A DNA stretch of 64,000 nucleotides from Candidatus Omnitrophota bacterium (GTDB taxonomy: Bacteria; Omnitrophota; Gorgyraeia; Zapsychrales; Fredricksoniimonadaceae). Below the pieces are notes generated by a model. It did no database searches, had not been told where the DNA came from, and was given only the letters and a program-made list of their open reading frames with translations. The stretch spans positions 665-64,664 of the forward strand of contig JAGWKL010000002.1 of assembly GCA_028865345.1 (NCBI GenBank), written 5' to 3'. Made by a program: the position numbers and the translations under genes. Shown here one piece after another: positions 54,629 to 64,000 of the stretch. Positions within the stretch are counted from its first letter, which is position 1. Every line of letters begins with the position of its first letter.

Positions 54629-55566
54629 GCTAATCGGCAGGCAAGCTTGAGGGCGGCCCTCATGGATGAAGGGTCGGCTTTATTTTGACCGGCGATATCA
54701 AAGGCCGTGCCATGCGCCGGAGAAGTCCGTACAAAAGGCAGGCCTGCGGTAAAATTCACCAATTCCTTCATATACAGCCCCTTGAAAGGCGCCAGGCCCT
54801 GGTCATGGTACATCGCAATCACCCCATCGTAGCCACCGTCGGAGCAATTGGGCCTTTTGATCCCGTCACAATGGCGGGGAAAAGCAAAAAAAGTATCGGC
54901 AGGCACAGGCCCCTGGACCTTGATGCCACAAGCGCGCGCCTGACGAACAGCCGGTAAAATATGCTTAACATCTTCCGAACCCAAAAGCCCGCCTTCACCG
55001 GCGTGAGGGTTAAGGCCCAGTACAGCGATCTTGGGTTTCCTGACCCTAAACCTTTCTTTTAACGTCCTGTCCATCAACGCAATGGAATCGAACACCTTCT
55101 TTTGCGTAATCAATCGGGGAACCTCTTTCAAAGGCACGTGGCGGGTGACGATCGACAGGCAGGCGCCGCCTGCCGTGAACATCATGTCAAAATCCCTGAT
55201 GCCGAAAGCGCCGGCCAAATATTCCGTATGGCCCACGAAATTGGGGACGTAACGGCTGACCTCTTCTTTGGATAAAGGCGCTGTGCTCATGGCATGAGCT
55301 TGCTTGGTCCTAATGAGCTCAATGGCCTTGTCCAGAAATTTAACCGCCCCTTCCCCGGCGGCCTTGTAAGGCACATCGATGACTTTCACCGATGACGGCA
55401 GGCGGCCCAACTTTTTGCCATCGCCGATCACAATAAAAGAGCCGCAGGCAAGCAACGCCTTGGATTGAAGGGCTTTACAGACAACCTCGGGGCCTATGCC
55501 GCGCGGATCGCCCATGGAGACCGCGATACAAGGACGCTTTGCAATTTTCCTATTTGATTTCGACAT
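54625..55566 (-). CDS. pdxA: 4-hydroxythreonine-4-phosphate dehydrogenase.
   Basis: I set the start at MSKSNRKIAKRPCIAVSMGDPRGIGPEV, which parallels E. coli PdxA (RVVITPGEPAGIGPDL). It overlaps the last 20 nt of the upstream surA-like gene. Confidence 0.85.
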   Translation of the reverse strand: MSKSNRKIAKRPCIAVSMGDPRGIGPEVVCKALQSKALLACGSFIVIGDGKKLGRLPSSVKVIDVPYKAAGEGAVKFLDKAIELIRTKQAHAMSTAPLSKEEVSRYVPNFVGHTEYLAGAFGIRDFDMMFTAGGACLSIVTRHVPLKEVPRLITQKKVFDSIALMDRTLKERFRVRKPKIAVLGLNPHAGEGGLLGSEDVKHILPAVRQARACGIKVQGPVPADTFFAFPRHCDGIKRPNCSDGGYDGVIAMYHDQGLAPFKGLYMKELVNFTAGLPFVRTSPAHGTAFDIAGQNKADPSSMRAALKLACRLA

Positions 55567-56497
55567 AGGCCTTTTGGCGAAGCTTATCGACATATTTCTT
55601 GTAATCGGCTTTAAATTGACCGTCCAACAATTTGTTATAAATCTGGTCTTTGACATCGGCCAGGGGCTGCTGTCTGGCCTTTGTCGCGCTGATGAGCTTA
55701 AAAATATAAATGCCGTTGGCCACTTCAACAGGATCTGAGACTTCGCCGGGTTTCAAATTAAAAACCACCTTTTCCACAGCATCCGCCATTTCTCCTTTTT
55801 CGACCTCTCCGATGGAAGAGCCGTCCGAATACTTCTGAAAAACCTTATTGAAATCTTCTCCCGCCATCAGGCGCGAACGGGCCTCGTCCGCGCGGCTGCG
55901 GGCCTCCTGCTTGCCGTACTTGCCGAAAGAAACAAAAATGGACTGCAGGTCCACCGCAGGCTTTTGATAAAAATCGCCCAGATGGTTGTTATAATAATCC
56001 GTGACATCCTGGGGGTTGACCATGATCTTATCACGCACTTGCATATCGATCTCATACTGGACCTTCATCTGGTCCAGCAACCTGCGCCGCAGATCAGTGA
56101 TGGTCATCCCCTGGGCATCAAGCGCCCTTATAAACACATCTTCACTGGGATAACGGTCTTCGATCTCCTGCAGGCGCTTATCAACAGCGTCATCATTGAC
56201 TTTAAGGCCCTGGGCATCTGCAGCGGCCAGGATCAACTTGTCTTCAATCAACCGGTCCAGTCCTCTCTGTTCATACTCTTGCAGGATCTTTTGGACTTCC
56301 TGGGGCGACCTGTTTTCCAGCCTCATTTGGCCGGCCACGCCCGCAATGTATTGACGCAGGTCCCTCATGGTGATGACATCATCGTTGACAACGGCAATAA
56401 TGGCATCCCCGCCGTCGGCATGCGCAGGAAGCAACGGACAAAAGAACAATGATAGGACCAAAACACCCTTAAATATGTTTCGCATGTAATTGTTCAT
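55550..56497 (-). CDS. Periplasmic SurA/PpiD-like chaperone with a parvulin-type PPIase domain.
   Basis: I set the start at an internal Met carrying a signal peptide (MNNYMRNIFKGVLVLSLFF). The SurA N-domain-like region is followed by a parvulin motif GEVSDPVEVANGIYIFKL. Confidence 0.65.
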   Translation of the reverse strand: MNNYMRNIFKGVLVLSLFFCPLLPAHADGGDAIIAVVNDDVITMRDLRQYIAGVAGQMRLENRSPQEVQKILQEYEQRGLDRLIEDKLILAAADAQGLKVNDDAVDKRLQEIEDRYPSEDVFIRALDAQGMTITDLRRRLLDQMKVQYEIDMQVRDKIMVNPQDVTDYYNNHLGDFYQKPAVDLQSIFVSFGKYGKQEARSRADEARSRLMAGEDFNKVFQKYSDGSSIGEVEKGEMADAVEKVVFNLKPGEVSDPVEVANGIYIFKLISATKARQQPLADVKDQIYNKLLDGQFKADYKKYVDKLRQKAYVEIK

Positions 56498-56505
56498 TGC
56501 TGATC

Positions 56506-58380
56506 TTAAACCTCTTTTCTTAGATGTTCGATGGATTCTTTCAACAAACGGCAATACAGGTCAAAACCGATGCTGGCGATAAAACCGTGCTGCTGGGAAC
56601 CCAACAGATTGCCCGCGCCGCGGATCTGCAGGTCTTCGAAAGCAATGTGAAATCCCGCCCCCAGATCGCTGTGCTTTTCAATGGCTTTAAGCCTCTGCCT
56701 GGCAATTTCCGACTGGGATTCACGCCTCGGCACAATAAAATACGCATAAGCCTGCACGTCCAGCCGGCCCACGCGGCCGCGCAATTGGTGCAAATCCGCC
56801 AAACCAAACTTGTCCGCGCGGTTGACGATAAGCGTATTGGCCAAAGGCACGTCGATACCGGATTCAATGATCGTCGTACACACCAGGACATCGATTTCTT
56901 TTTTGAGGAATTTTAACATGATTTCTTCCAGGAAGCGAGCGCTCATTTGTCCATGTGCTATACCTAAACGCGCATGGGGCACGAGTTTTCTTATGCCCTC
57001 CGCGATCGTCTCGATGTTCTCAACGCGGTTATGCAAAAAAAACACCTGGCCCCCGCGCGCCAGCTCCCTTTCAATGGCATCATGGATCAAGTCTTCATCA
57101 AAAGGAATCATCTGGGTTTTCACGGCCAGGCGGTTGGTCGGCGGGGAAGAAATTACGGACATGTCCCGTGCGCCTGCCAGGGCCATGTAAAGGGTCCGCG
57201 GGATCGGAGTGGCTGTCAGGGTCATCACATCGGCCAACAGGCGGAAATGTTTTAATTTCTCCTTGGACCGCACGCCGAAACGCTGTTCCTCATCAATAAT
57301 GACCAGCCCCAGGTCTTTGAACGCGACGTCCTTGGACAACAGCCGGTGGGTGCCGATCAATATGTCGACCTTGCCTTCGGCGGCTTCCTTGACGATCATC
57401 TGCTGCTCATGCTTGGTACGGAAACGCGACAACATCCCCACCTTGACGGGAAAACCTTCCAGCCGTTTGGTAAAATTATAATAATGTTGTTCCGCCAAAA
57501 TTGTTGTTGGAACCAAAAGGGCCACCTGTTTGTTGTCCATGACGGCTTTAAAGGCCGCGCGCATGGCCACCTCGGTCTTGCCATAACCTACATCCCCGCA
57601 GATAAGCCGGTCCATAGGCCTGGGAGATTCCATATCAACCTTGGTTTCCAACGTCGCTTTCAACTGGTCAGGCGTTTCTTTATAAGGAAACCTGCCCTCA
57701 AATTCCTTTTGCCATTCATTGTCTTTGGTAAACGCGAAGCCTGCCAGTTGCGCTCTTAAGGCCTGCGTACGCAGCATCTCGGCCGCCAAAGCCTTAAGCT
57801 TCTTTTCTACGGCCCGGCGGGTGGCCAGCCATTCCTTGCCGCCCAATTTGTGCAAACGGGCCGGGCGCTTGGTGAATGATACATATTTTTGCACTAAATG
57901 GACGTCATGCTTGGGCACGAATAATTTATCACCGTCCTTGTATTCGATGACAAGGTGTTCTTTCTTCTGGGCGGTGAGATCAAATTCTTTGATGCCGATG
58001 AAGCGGCCTATACCGTGATTGTTATGCACGACATAGTCGCCCTGCTCGATATCCACGAAATTATTTAAAGGGACTTCAGCGCTGAAAACGGACTGCGAAG
58101 ATGTTTTAAACGGCGCCACGATGACGATGGCGTGCTCGTCGATAGGGGCGGCCGTGGCAGGGTCAAAGCCATGGATGGCGCGGATGGTATCATCTTCCAA
58201 ATCCAGGCGCAAAGGAACTTCAAAATGGGCGGGATAAACGTCCAGCACGCCGCCGCGCAGGGCAAATTCACCTTCCTTAAAAACCTTTGTCGCCCGGGCG
58301 TACCCGAAGGCGACGAGAGTCCGAACGACGTCGTCCACGTTGACCTTTTGGCCAACCAAAAATTCAAGAGATTTGAACAT
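56506..58380 (-). CDS. mfd: Transcription-repair coupling factor Mfd, short form (624 aa). It lacks the N-terminal D1a/D2 (UvrA-interacting) module, probably lacks D3, and lacks most of D7.
   Basis: The RID motif GDYVVHNNHGIGRF and the SF2 translocase motifs (ICGDVGYGKTEVAMRAAF, DEEQRFGV, and the TRG-like arginine finger region HQLRGRVGR) are present. It ends shortly after GFDLYCRLL. SecDF ends 36 nt upstream, so no N-terminal domains can be encoded. Confidence 0.75.
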   Translation of the reverse strand: MFKSLEFLVGQKVNVDDVVRTLVAFGYARATKVFKEGEFALRGGVLDVYPAHFEVPLRLDLEDDTIRAIHGFDPATAAPIDEHAIVIVAPFKTSSQSVFSAEVPLNNFVDIEQGDYVVHNNHGIGRFIGIKEFDLTAQKKEHLVIEYKDGDKLFVPKHDVHLVQKYVSFTKRPARLHKLGGKEWLATRRAVEKKLKALAAEMLRTQALRAQLAGFAFTKDNEWQKEFEGRFPYKETPDQLKATLETKVDMESPRPMDRLICGDVGYGKTEVAMRAAFKAVMDNKQVALLVPTTILAEQHYYNFTKRLEGFPVKVGMLSRFRTKHEQQMIVKEAAEGKVDILIGTHRLLSKDVAFKDLGLVIIDEEQRFGVRSKEKLKHFRLLADVMTLTATPIPRTLYMALAGARDMSVISSPPTNRLAVKTQMIPFDEDLIHDAIERELARGGQVFFLHNRVENIETIAEGIRKLVPHARLGIAHGQMSARFLEEIMLKFLKKEIDVLVCTTIIESGIDVPLANTLIVNRADKFGLADLHQLRGRVGRLDVQAYAYFIVPRRESQSEIARQRLKAIEKHSDLGAGFHIAFEDLQIRGAGNLLGSQQHGFIASIGFDLYCRLLKESIEHLRKEV

Positions 58381-58416
58381 AGAAAAAACTTAAAGACAGG
58401 ACGGCGCTCTCGACCG

Positions 58417-60621
58417 CTACCACTTCTTCTTTCCCTGCAACCACAAGAAAAGCGGCGATACGATCCACACCGTTGAATAAGTCCCGAAGAGAAAACCTCG
58501 GATCAAGACAAAGGCAAAGGTGTTGAGCACTTCGCCCCCGAAGAAAAACAAAGCCAGAGCGGACAATGTCGTCATGAAGGTGGTCAGCACGGTGCGGCCC
58601 AAGGTCTGGTTGATGCTCTCATTGATCACATCCGCCAGTGGCTTGTTTCGCATCTTGGGCACGTTCTCCCGCACACGGTCGTAAATGATGATGGCGTCGT
58701 TGGTGGAGTAACCGGTGATCGTAAGGATGGCGGTGACCACCAACAGGTCTATCTGGCGGCCTGCGATCAGGATGAGCGACAACGTGATCAGCACGTCATG
58801 GAAAATAGCCACGACCGTCGCCAGCCCGAAGGTGTAATGCTTGAAACGAAAGCCGATATAGATCAGCATGCCCCCTAAGGCCAGGGCGATGGCCCAAATG
58901 GCCTTGATGCGAAGCGCTTGCCCCACGACAGGGCCCACCTTCTCGATGCGCAGGATTTGATAAGGATTGTCCGGCATTTTACTCTTGAAAAGCTTCGCAA
59001 CCGCCACATCGCTGTCCTGCGGAGTGCGGATGATCACGTCATCAGGGACATGGGGAAAAGTTTGGATGACGGCGTCCGCCACCCTGCCCTCTTTAAGCAA
59101 GGCGCGCAGTTTGTCAGCCGTGACCGGATGGGCAAATTTATACTCCTGGATCTGGCCCCCGGCGAAATCGATGCCGAAAGCCGCATCTTTTTTATGGGCA
59201 AAATCAACGGCGCCCCAAATGATGATGCCCGCGGAAAGGGCAAAACAAATATACTTCTTGTTTAAAAAGTTAAAATGGGGATTCCTGAAAAGGTGCATCA
59301 TCGGCAGGGACTTGATATGCCTCTGCGAGATGAGCCAGTTAAAGAAGGTCCGAGTGACATAGATTGAAGAAAACAAACTGGCGACCAGACCCGTCGATAA
59401 AGTAATGGCAAAACCCTTGATGGGCCCGGAACCGAATTGGAACAGGAAAAATGCGGCAATAAGCGACGTCACATGCGAGTCAAGGATCGCAGACCAGGCA
59501 CGGGCATAACCCGTATTGACCGACGCGGTCAAAGGCCTGCCGTTGTCCAGCTCTTCACGGATGCGCTCGTTGATAAGCACGTTGGCATCCACCGCCATGC
59601 CGAGGGTCAGGATGATCCCCGCGATGCCGGGCAATGTCAGTGTTACCTGGGACTGCGGCAAAAGGATGTTCAAAAGCCCCATGCTTCCCAAAATCATCAG
59701 CAGGTTGATGGCCAATGCCGCCGACGCGATGAACCCCCCTATAAAATAATAAAGGCACATAAAGAACACGATCGCGACCCCGCCCAAAATTGTGGCTTTG
59801 ACGCCGGCTTCAATGGAATCCTTCCCTAATAAGGGGCCGATGGTGCGCTCTTCCTCGATGGTCATGGGCACAGGCAGAGCGCCGGTGCGCAGGGCCAGGG
59901 CCAAAAGCGAGGCCTCTTCAAACTTGAAATCCCCTGTGATTTCCGCGTCACCGGTCAGTATGGGCTCCCGGATCACCGGGGCAGATAGGACCTGATTGTC
60001 CAAAACAATAGCCAGGCGGTCGCCTACGTGCGCGGTCGTCAGATCACCGAACTCCTTGGCGCCCTTTTCATTGAAGCTCATAGTGATCTTGGGCTGCATG
60101 CCGTTCTGGCTGATGTCCACGCGGGCGTCCTTGATATTTTGCCCGCCCATGGCCACGGTTTTGTAAATCAAAATCGGCGTACCGCCTTCTTTCTTTATGG
60201 TCATCAATTCCTCACCGGCAGGCACCTTGCCGTTCAAAGCGGCCTTTAAATGCCCCTCATCAGGGTCCACCATATGGAATTCCAGGCGCGCCACGCGGCC
60301 GATCATGGCCAGGGCCTTTTGACGGTCGGTAACGCCGGGCAGTTGCAATAAAATCTGGTTGTTGCCCTGGCGCTGGATCAGGGTCTCGCCCACACCCAAC
60401 CCGTCGATGCGGTTACGCAAAACCTCCATGGACCTCAGCACCGCGTCTTCCTTCTCCTGGGCGGTGGGCAAATTCTGGTTATCGACCCTCAGGACAAGAT
60501 GCATCCCGCCTTTGAGGTCAAGTCCCAAATTGATGCGTTTATTGATAGGAATTAAGGAAACCACACAGCCGGCGATAACGGCAATGATAATGATGGACCT
60601 TTTACGAAGTTCTTTCGACAT
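58417..60621 (-). CDS. secDF: Fused protein-export membrane protein SecD/SecF.
   Basis: 734 aa protein with two RND-like 6-TM bundles and periplasmic P1 domains. The SecD motif LGLDLKGG is present. Confidence 0.9.
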   Translation of the reverse strand: MSKELRKRSIIIIAVIAGCVVSLIPINKRINLGLDLKGGMHLVLRVDNQNLPTAQEKEDAVLRSMEVLRNRIDGLGVGETLIQRQGNNQILLQLPGVTDRQKALAMIGRVARLEFHMVDPDEGHLKAALNGKVPAGEELMTIKKEGGTPILIYKTVAMGGQNIKDARVDISQNGMQPKITMSFNEKGAKEFGDLTTAHVGDRLAIVLDNQVLSAPVIREPILTGDAEITGDFKFEEASLLALALRTGALPVPMTIEEERTIGPLLGKDSIEAGVKATILGGVAIVFFMCLYYFIGGFIASAALAINLLMILGSMGLLNILLPQSQVTLTLPGIAGIILTLGMAVDANVLINERIREELDNGRPLTASVNTGYARAWSAILDSHVTSLIAAFFLFQFGSGPIKGFAITLSTGLVASLFSSIYVTRTFFNWLISQRHIKSLPMMHLFRNPHFNFLNKKYICFALSAGIIIWGAVDFAHKKDAAFGIDFAGGQIQEYKFAHPVTADKLRALLKEGRVADAVIQTFPHVPDDVIIRTPQDSDVAVAKLFKSKMPDNPYQILRIEKVGPVVGQALRIKAIWAIALALGGMLIYIGFRFKHYTFGLATVVAIFHDVLITLSLILIAGRQIDLLVVTAILTITGYSTNDAIIIYDRVRENVPKMRNKPLADVINESINQTLGRTVLTTFMTTLSALALFFFGGEVLNTFAFVLIRGFLFGTYSTVWIVSPLFLWLQGKKKW

Positions 60622-60692
60622 TCAAAAACCCTCTCTAGCTCACGCTTTTAAGAAGACATACGAAATCGAAGCAATTGGGCCTTTTTCTTTGT

Positions 60693-60989
60693 TCATTTAA
60701 CGACCTCGACTTTTGCTTCGCTCACTTTTACTGAGGCAATGGATTCACGGTCAAACTCAATGCGGCAGCCTTCATCCACGCGCACCACAATGGTCTTCTC
60801 TTTGATAATAGCCACCGTACCGTGAATGCCGGAAGTGGTGACCACCTCGTCATTCTTCTTAAGATTGGCCATCATTTCTTTGAATTTTTTCTGCTGTTGC
60901 CGTTGGGGGCGGATCAGGAGAAAATAACCCCAAACAGCGATCAGAGCCAGAAAAAGCAAATTCTGACTCAAAGCTGATTGTTGGAACAT
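60693..60989 (-). CDS. yajC: Preprotein translocase subunit YajC.
   Basis: 98 aa with a single TM helix, then VVTTSGIHGTVAIIKEKTIVV. Confidence 0.8.
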   Translation of the reverse strand: MFQQSALSQNLLFLALIAVWGYFLLIRPQRQQQKKFKEMMANLKKNDEVVTTSGIHGTVAIIKEKTIVVRVDEGCRIEFDRESIASVKVSEAKVEVVK

Positions 60990-60999
60990 AGAACCACCT

Positions 61000-61239
61000 T
61001 TATTTGACTTTCTTCATTAAACTTCGGACGGTATCGCTCAATTGGGCGCCCTTGGACACCCATGCCGCGATCTTTTCTTTTTTGAGCGAAAAATAGGACT
61101 TCTTGGCAGGGTCATAATATCCCAAAATGTCCAGGGTACGACCGTCGCGGCCTTCTTTACGGCTCATTGCCACCACACGCCAGTTGTAAGCCTTGTTGGC
61201 GGCCTTGCCTGCTTTTTGTAGACGGATTCTAACTTCCAT
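61000..61239 (-). CDS. rpsP: 30S ribosomal protein S16.
   Basis: MEVRIRLQKAGKAANKAYNWRVVAM...ILGYYDP is a canonical S16 sequence. Confidence 0.9.
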   Translation of the reverse strand: MEVRIRLQKAGKAANKAYNWRVVAMSRKEGRDGRTLDILGYYDPAKKSYFSLKKEKIAAWVSKGAQLSDTVRSLMKKVK

Positions 61240-61268
61240 GTGATTTCATTTCCTTTCCTAGATTAAAC

Positions 61269-62762
61269 TTAAGCATGGGCCAATTCAATGGCTTTGATCT
61301 GGGCCCTGGCTTTGTTCATTGTTTCCATGTATTCCGTGGCAGGGTCGGAATCAGCCACAACACCGCCCCCTGCCTGGACGTAGGCCTTTTTCTTATGAAC
61401 CACTATTGTACGTATAGTTATGCAAGTATCAAGGTTTTTTGAGAAACTCAAAATCCCAACGCACCCGCCATACGGCCCTCTTTTTTGGGGCTCCATATCT
61501 TCGATGATCTCCATGGCCCTGATCTTCGGCGCTCCGGAAAGCGTTCCGGCGGGGAATACTGCCTCCAAGGCATCCAGGGCGTCCTTATCTTTGCGCAACA
61601 TGCCCCTCACGTTGCTGACAATGTGCATCACGTGAGAATATTTCTCGACTTCCATAAATTCCGAAAGACGCACAGTTCCCTTTTCGCATACGCGGCCCAG
61701 ATCATTGCGGCCCAAATCCACCAGCATGATATGTTCGGCTTTTTCCTTGGGGTCGGCCAAAAGGCTTTTCTTCAAAGCCTCGTCTTGGGCCTCATCGCCG
61801 CCCCTGGGGCGGGTACCCGCGATAGGTCTGGTCTCGACCACGCCGTTTTCGCAACGCACCAAAAGCTCAGGGGACGCCCCTACCAGCTGCAACCCGTCAA
61901 AATCCAAATAAAACATATACGGCGAAGGATTGAGCACACGCAAAGAACGATAAATTTCGAAAGCGCCGACGTTGATGTCCATTTGAAAACGTTGAGAAGG
62001 AACAATCTGAAAAATATCGCCGGCTTTGATATGGACCTTCGCCCTGGAAACCACCCGTTCGTACTGGGCCTTGGTAAAGTTCGAGACCGCGGATATTTTC
62101 TTAGGCCTTCTTTTAGGCGCAGCGGCTACATAAGGTTTACGCAAATCCGCGATCAACGCGTCGATGGTCCTGCAGGCGGCGTTATATTTCTTGATTTTGG
62201 CCCTGCGGCCGTCTTTTTTGTCCAGATGCACGCAACTGATCACCTTGATCGCATGGTGACGATGGTCGAAGGCCACCAAATCGCGGGCCAGCCCCAGGCA
62301 AACATCAGGGAGCTTCAAATCATCAACGGTCTTGTCCGGCAGGCGTTCAAAAAAACGCACGCAATCATAACTTAAATATCCCACCATGCCGCCATAGAAA
62401 CGTGGTAGGCCATCGACCTGGACGGCACGGTAATCTTTCATCAACCGCCGAACCACAGACAAAGGAGAGCCTTCAAAAGAAATTTTCTCCGGCTGATGCC
62501 TCCCCCCGACAAAGCGCAGGACACGGGCCTCATGGCCTTTGGAGGTAAAAACCAGTTCGGGATCCCGGGCGATAAAGGAATACCGCGCGACCTTCTCCTC
62601 GCCCTCTACGGATTCCAATAAGAAAGAATAAGCCGAACGCCCGGCCAACTTGTAATACGCGGACACCGGCGTTTCCAGGTCCCCGGGGATTTCCTTGTAA
62701 ACGGGGATCAAATTGCCCTTGGAAGTCAATTTTAAAAACTCTTGCTGAGACAAATAATTCAT
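61269..62762 (-). CDS. trpE: Anthranilate synthase component I family (TrpE/PabB-type chorismate-utilising enzyme).
   Basis: The LESVEGEEKVARYSF N-domain and the C-terminal chorismate-binding core with a PKxRAMEIIE-like motif are present. Sequence alone cannot separate TrpE from PabB. Confidence 0.7.
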   Translation of the reverse strand: MNYLSQQEFLKLTSKGNLIPVYKEIPGDLETPVSAYYKLAGRSAYSFLLESVEGEEKVARYSFIARDPELVFTSKGHEARVLRFVGGRHQPEKISFEGSPLSVVRRLMKDYRAVQVDGLPRFYGGMVGYLSYDCVRFFERLPDKTVDDLKLPDVCLGLARDLVAFDHRHHAIKVISCVHLDKKDGRRAKIKKYNAACRTIDALIADLRKPYVAAAPKRRPKKISAVSNFTKAQYERVVSRAKVHIKAGDIFQIVPSQRFQMDINVGAFEIYRSLRVLNPSPYMFYLDFDGLQLVGASPELLVRCENGVVETRPIAGTRPRGGDEAQDEALKKSLLADPKEKAEHIMLVDLGRNDLGRVCEKGTVRLSEFMEVEKYSHVMHIVSNVRGMLRKDKDALDALEAVFPAGTLSGAPKIRAMEIIEDMEPQKRGPYGGCVGILSFSKNLDTCITIRTIVVHKKKAYVQAGGGVVADSDPATEYMETMNKARAQIKAIELAHA

Positions 62763-62763
62763 T

Positions 62764-63126
62764 TTAATGTTCTATCTTGCGATAAAAGCAGCTTCTCTTC
62801 ATGGTGTGGCACGCGCAGCCCACCTGATCGACCTTCATCAAAAGCACATCGCAATCGCAGTCATAATAAATCTCTTTCACGTACTGAAAATGGCCAGAGG
62901 TCTCACCCTTGACCCAGTATGTTTTGCGCGAACGTGACCAATAAGAAGCTTTGCCGCTTTTTAAGGTATCCCGCAGGGAATCGATGTTCATCCATGCCAT
63001 CATGAGGACCTCGCCGTTCTTGCAGTCCTGGGCAATGGCCGGAATGAGCCCTTCGCTGTTGAATTTCAATTTCTCCAAATTGTCTTTGGTGATCTGGATG
63101 GTTTCACTTTCAGGATTGTCGCTCAT
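62764..63126 (-). CDS. hisI: Phosphoribosyl-AMP cyclohydrolase.
   Basis: The [17 protein letters not shown] and DCDCD metal-binding motifs are present. Confidence 0.85.
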   Translation of the reverse strand: MSDNPESETIQITKDNLEKLKFNSEGLIPAIAQDCKNGEVLMMAWMNIDSLRDTLKSGKASYWSRSRKTYWVKGETSGHFQYVKEIYYDCDCDVLLMKVDQVGCACHTMKRSCFYRKIEH

Positions 63127-63875
63127 CTCACGTTCACTTTCTTTTCTTTTAAGAATTTTTTGACTTCGGGTATCGGTATTTCACCATAATGAAAGACCGA
63201 TGCCGCCAGGGCGGCATCCGCCCCGCTTTCCACAAAAACACGGTAAAAATGCTCCAGAGCCCCCGCCCCTCCGGAGGCGATCACCGGTATGCCGACCGCC
63301 TCGGTGACGGCACGGGTTAGGCCCAAATCAAAACCGTTCTTGGTGCCGTCCGCATCCATGCTGGTCAATAAAATCTCCCCGGCGCCGAGGGCCTGGACCT
63401 CCCTGGCCCACGCCACCGCGTCCTTGCCCGTGGCCTCGCGTCCGCCGTGGGTAAAAACGTTCCAGCTCTCGCCGCTACGTTTGGCGTCAATGGCCACCAC
63501 AATGCACTGGGACCCGAACATATTGGCCGCCTGGCGTATCAGACCGGGTTCGTTGACGGCAGAGGTGTTGATCGAAACCTTGTCCGCGCCGGCATTCAAC
63601 AAAGCACGGATGTCAACCACATTGCTGATCCCTCCTCCAACGGTCAACGGCATAAACACGCATTCCGCGGTCTTGCGCACGACGTCGGCAAAAATCTTGC
63701 GCTTCTCGTGGCTGGCGGTGATGTCCAGAAAAACCAGTTCATCCGCGCCAGCCTGGTCATAGGCGCGGGCGCAATCCACCGGATCGCCGGCGTCCTTCAG
63801 GGAAACGAAATTGACCCCCTTGACGACCCTGCCGTCCTTGACATCCAAACACGGAATGATACGCTTATTAAGCAA
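63123..63875 (-). CDS. hisF: Imidazole glycerol phosphate synthase cyclase subunit.
   Basis: [20 protein letters not shown] aligns residue-for-residue with the E. coli HisF N-terminus. The start codon read from the DNA is TTG. Confidence 0.9.
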   Translation of the reverse strand: MLNKRIIPCLDVKDGRVVKGVNFVSLKDAGDPVDCARAYDQAGADELVFLDITASHEKRKIFADVVRKTAECVFMPLTVGGGISNVVDIRALLNAGADKVSINTSAVNEPGLIRQAANMFGSQCIVVAIDAKRSGESWNVFTHGGREATGKDAVAWAREVQALGAGEILLTSMDADGTKNGFDLGLTRAVTEAVGIPVIASGGAGALEHFYRVFVESGADAALAASVFHYGEIPIPEVKKFLKEKKVNVR

Positions 63876-64000
63876 TGGTATCCAGCGCCTTTTTGAAATC
63901 CAGTTTTCCTTCGTAAATGGCCTTGCCTGTAATGGCCCCCCAAAGCTCCCTGCCTTCAGACGATTTTAAATTTTTTAATTTAACCACGTCTTCCAATGAA
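63869..64000 (-). CDS. hisA: ProFAR isomerase (HisA), C-terminal fragment. The gene continues beyond the window end.
   Basis: A hand translation of the minus strand gives ...[17 protein letters not shown]-stop. This resembles HisA C-termini (A.YEGKF..KEAL). The stop overlaps the hisF start by 7 nt. Confidence 0.45.

Noticed and set aside
61485-62375. A 296 aa plus-strand ORF inside trpE.
   Set aside because: It is antisense to the trpE frame, which has a conserved chorismate-binding core. It is a long shadow ORF with no motif.
63873-63875. TTG start codons for hisF, for the FemAB-like gene (23463) and for the first kinase (49).
   Set aside because: These are not treated as anomalies. The ORF track evidently marks TTG/GTG starts as M. 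The hisF TTG aligns exactly with the E. coli HisF Met1, so it is probably genuine. For the other two genes, alternative starts are noted in the feature entries.
1-64000. CRISPR arrays, rRNA genes and additional tRNAs.
   Set aside because: I saw no short regularly spaced direct repeats. There are no long non-coding stretches compatible with rRNA. The only T-arm-like GTTCGAAT motif belongs to the tRNA-Ser.

Overview
This is a 64 kb bacterial chromosomal window of roughly 50% GC, tightly packed with genes, many of them with start/stop overlaps. I find about 66 protein genes, one tRNA-Ser(UGA), and no rRNA, CRISPR array, intact IS element or transposase. The right third (47-64 kb) is a single minus-strand run of housekeeping genes: hisA-hisF-hisI-trpE-rpsP-yajC-secDF-mfd-surA-pdxA-rsmA-ybgC-gatCAB-ctpA-yibQ-tsaD. 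The left and middle parts look accessory or regulatory.

(1) The left end (1-7 kb) is a signalling module: a FadL-like outer-membrane fatty-acid channel, an ACP, a hotdog thioesterase, a 7TM-GAF histidine kinase, a CheY-like receiver and a GAF-HD-GYP c-di-GMP phosphodiesterase on the minus strand. A second paralogous 7TM kinase, on the opposite strand, converges on this module and is truncated at the window start.

(2) Next come ferrochelatase (hemH), class Ia ribonucleotide reductase (nrdAB) with a triple ATP-cone, Fe/Mn superoxide dismutase and thiol peroxidase (tpx). These are followed by a menaquinone cluster (thioesterase, menE, menC, menA, menB), a HIT protein and a lipase-maturation-factor/HTTM-like membrane protein.

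(3) A 6.6 kb lipid-type cluster (23.4-29.9 kb) encodes a FemAB-like acyltransferase, an ArnE/F-like small DMT pair, a class III aminotransferase, a HAD phosphatase, an alpha/beta-hydrolase, a dedicated ACP and a KAS II. It is bracketed by a perfect 22 bp inverted repeat that sits in both inward-facing promoter regions.

(4) A 1180 aa secreted protein carries ureohydrolase-like motifs and is followed by a two-component pair.

(5) Two tandem, roughly 88% identical H+-pyrophosphatase paralogs flank an HprK-like kinase with a novel N-terminal domain, an adenylate-kinase-like paralog and a small Cys-rich membrane peptide. tRNA-Ser lies 23 nt upstream of the second pyrophosphatase.

(6) A small island remnant follows the tRNA: a GT-C glycosyltransferase, a truncated tyrosine integrase, an HTH_17 membrane protein and a bactofilin fused to an HTH_17 DNA-binding domain.

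Every functional assignment comes from recognisable motifs in the translated ORFs and from gene context. No database search was run. The ORF track marks TTG/GTG starts as M, and I refined several start codons by hand.
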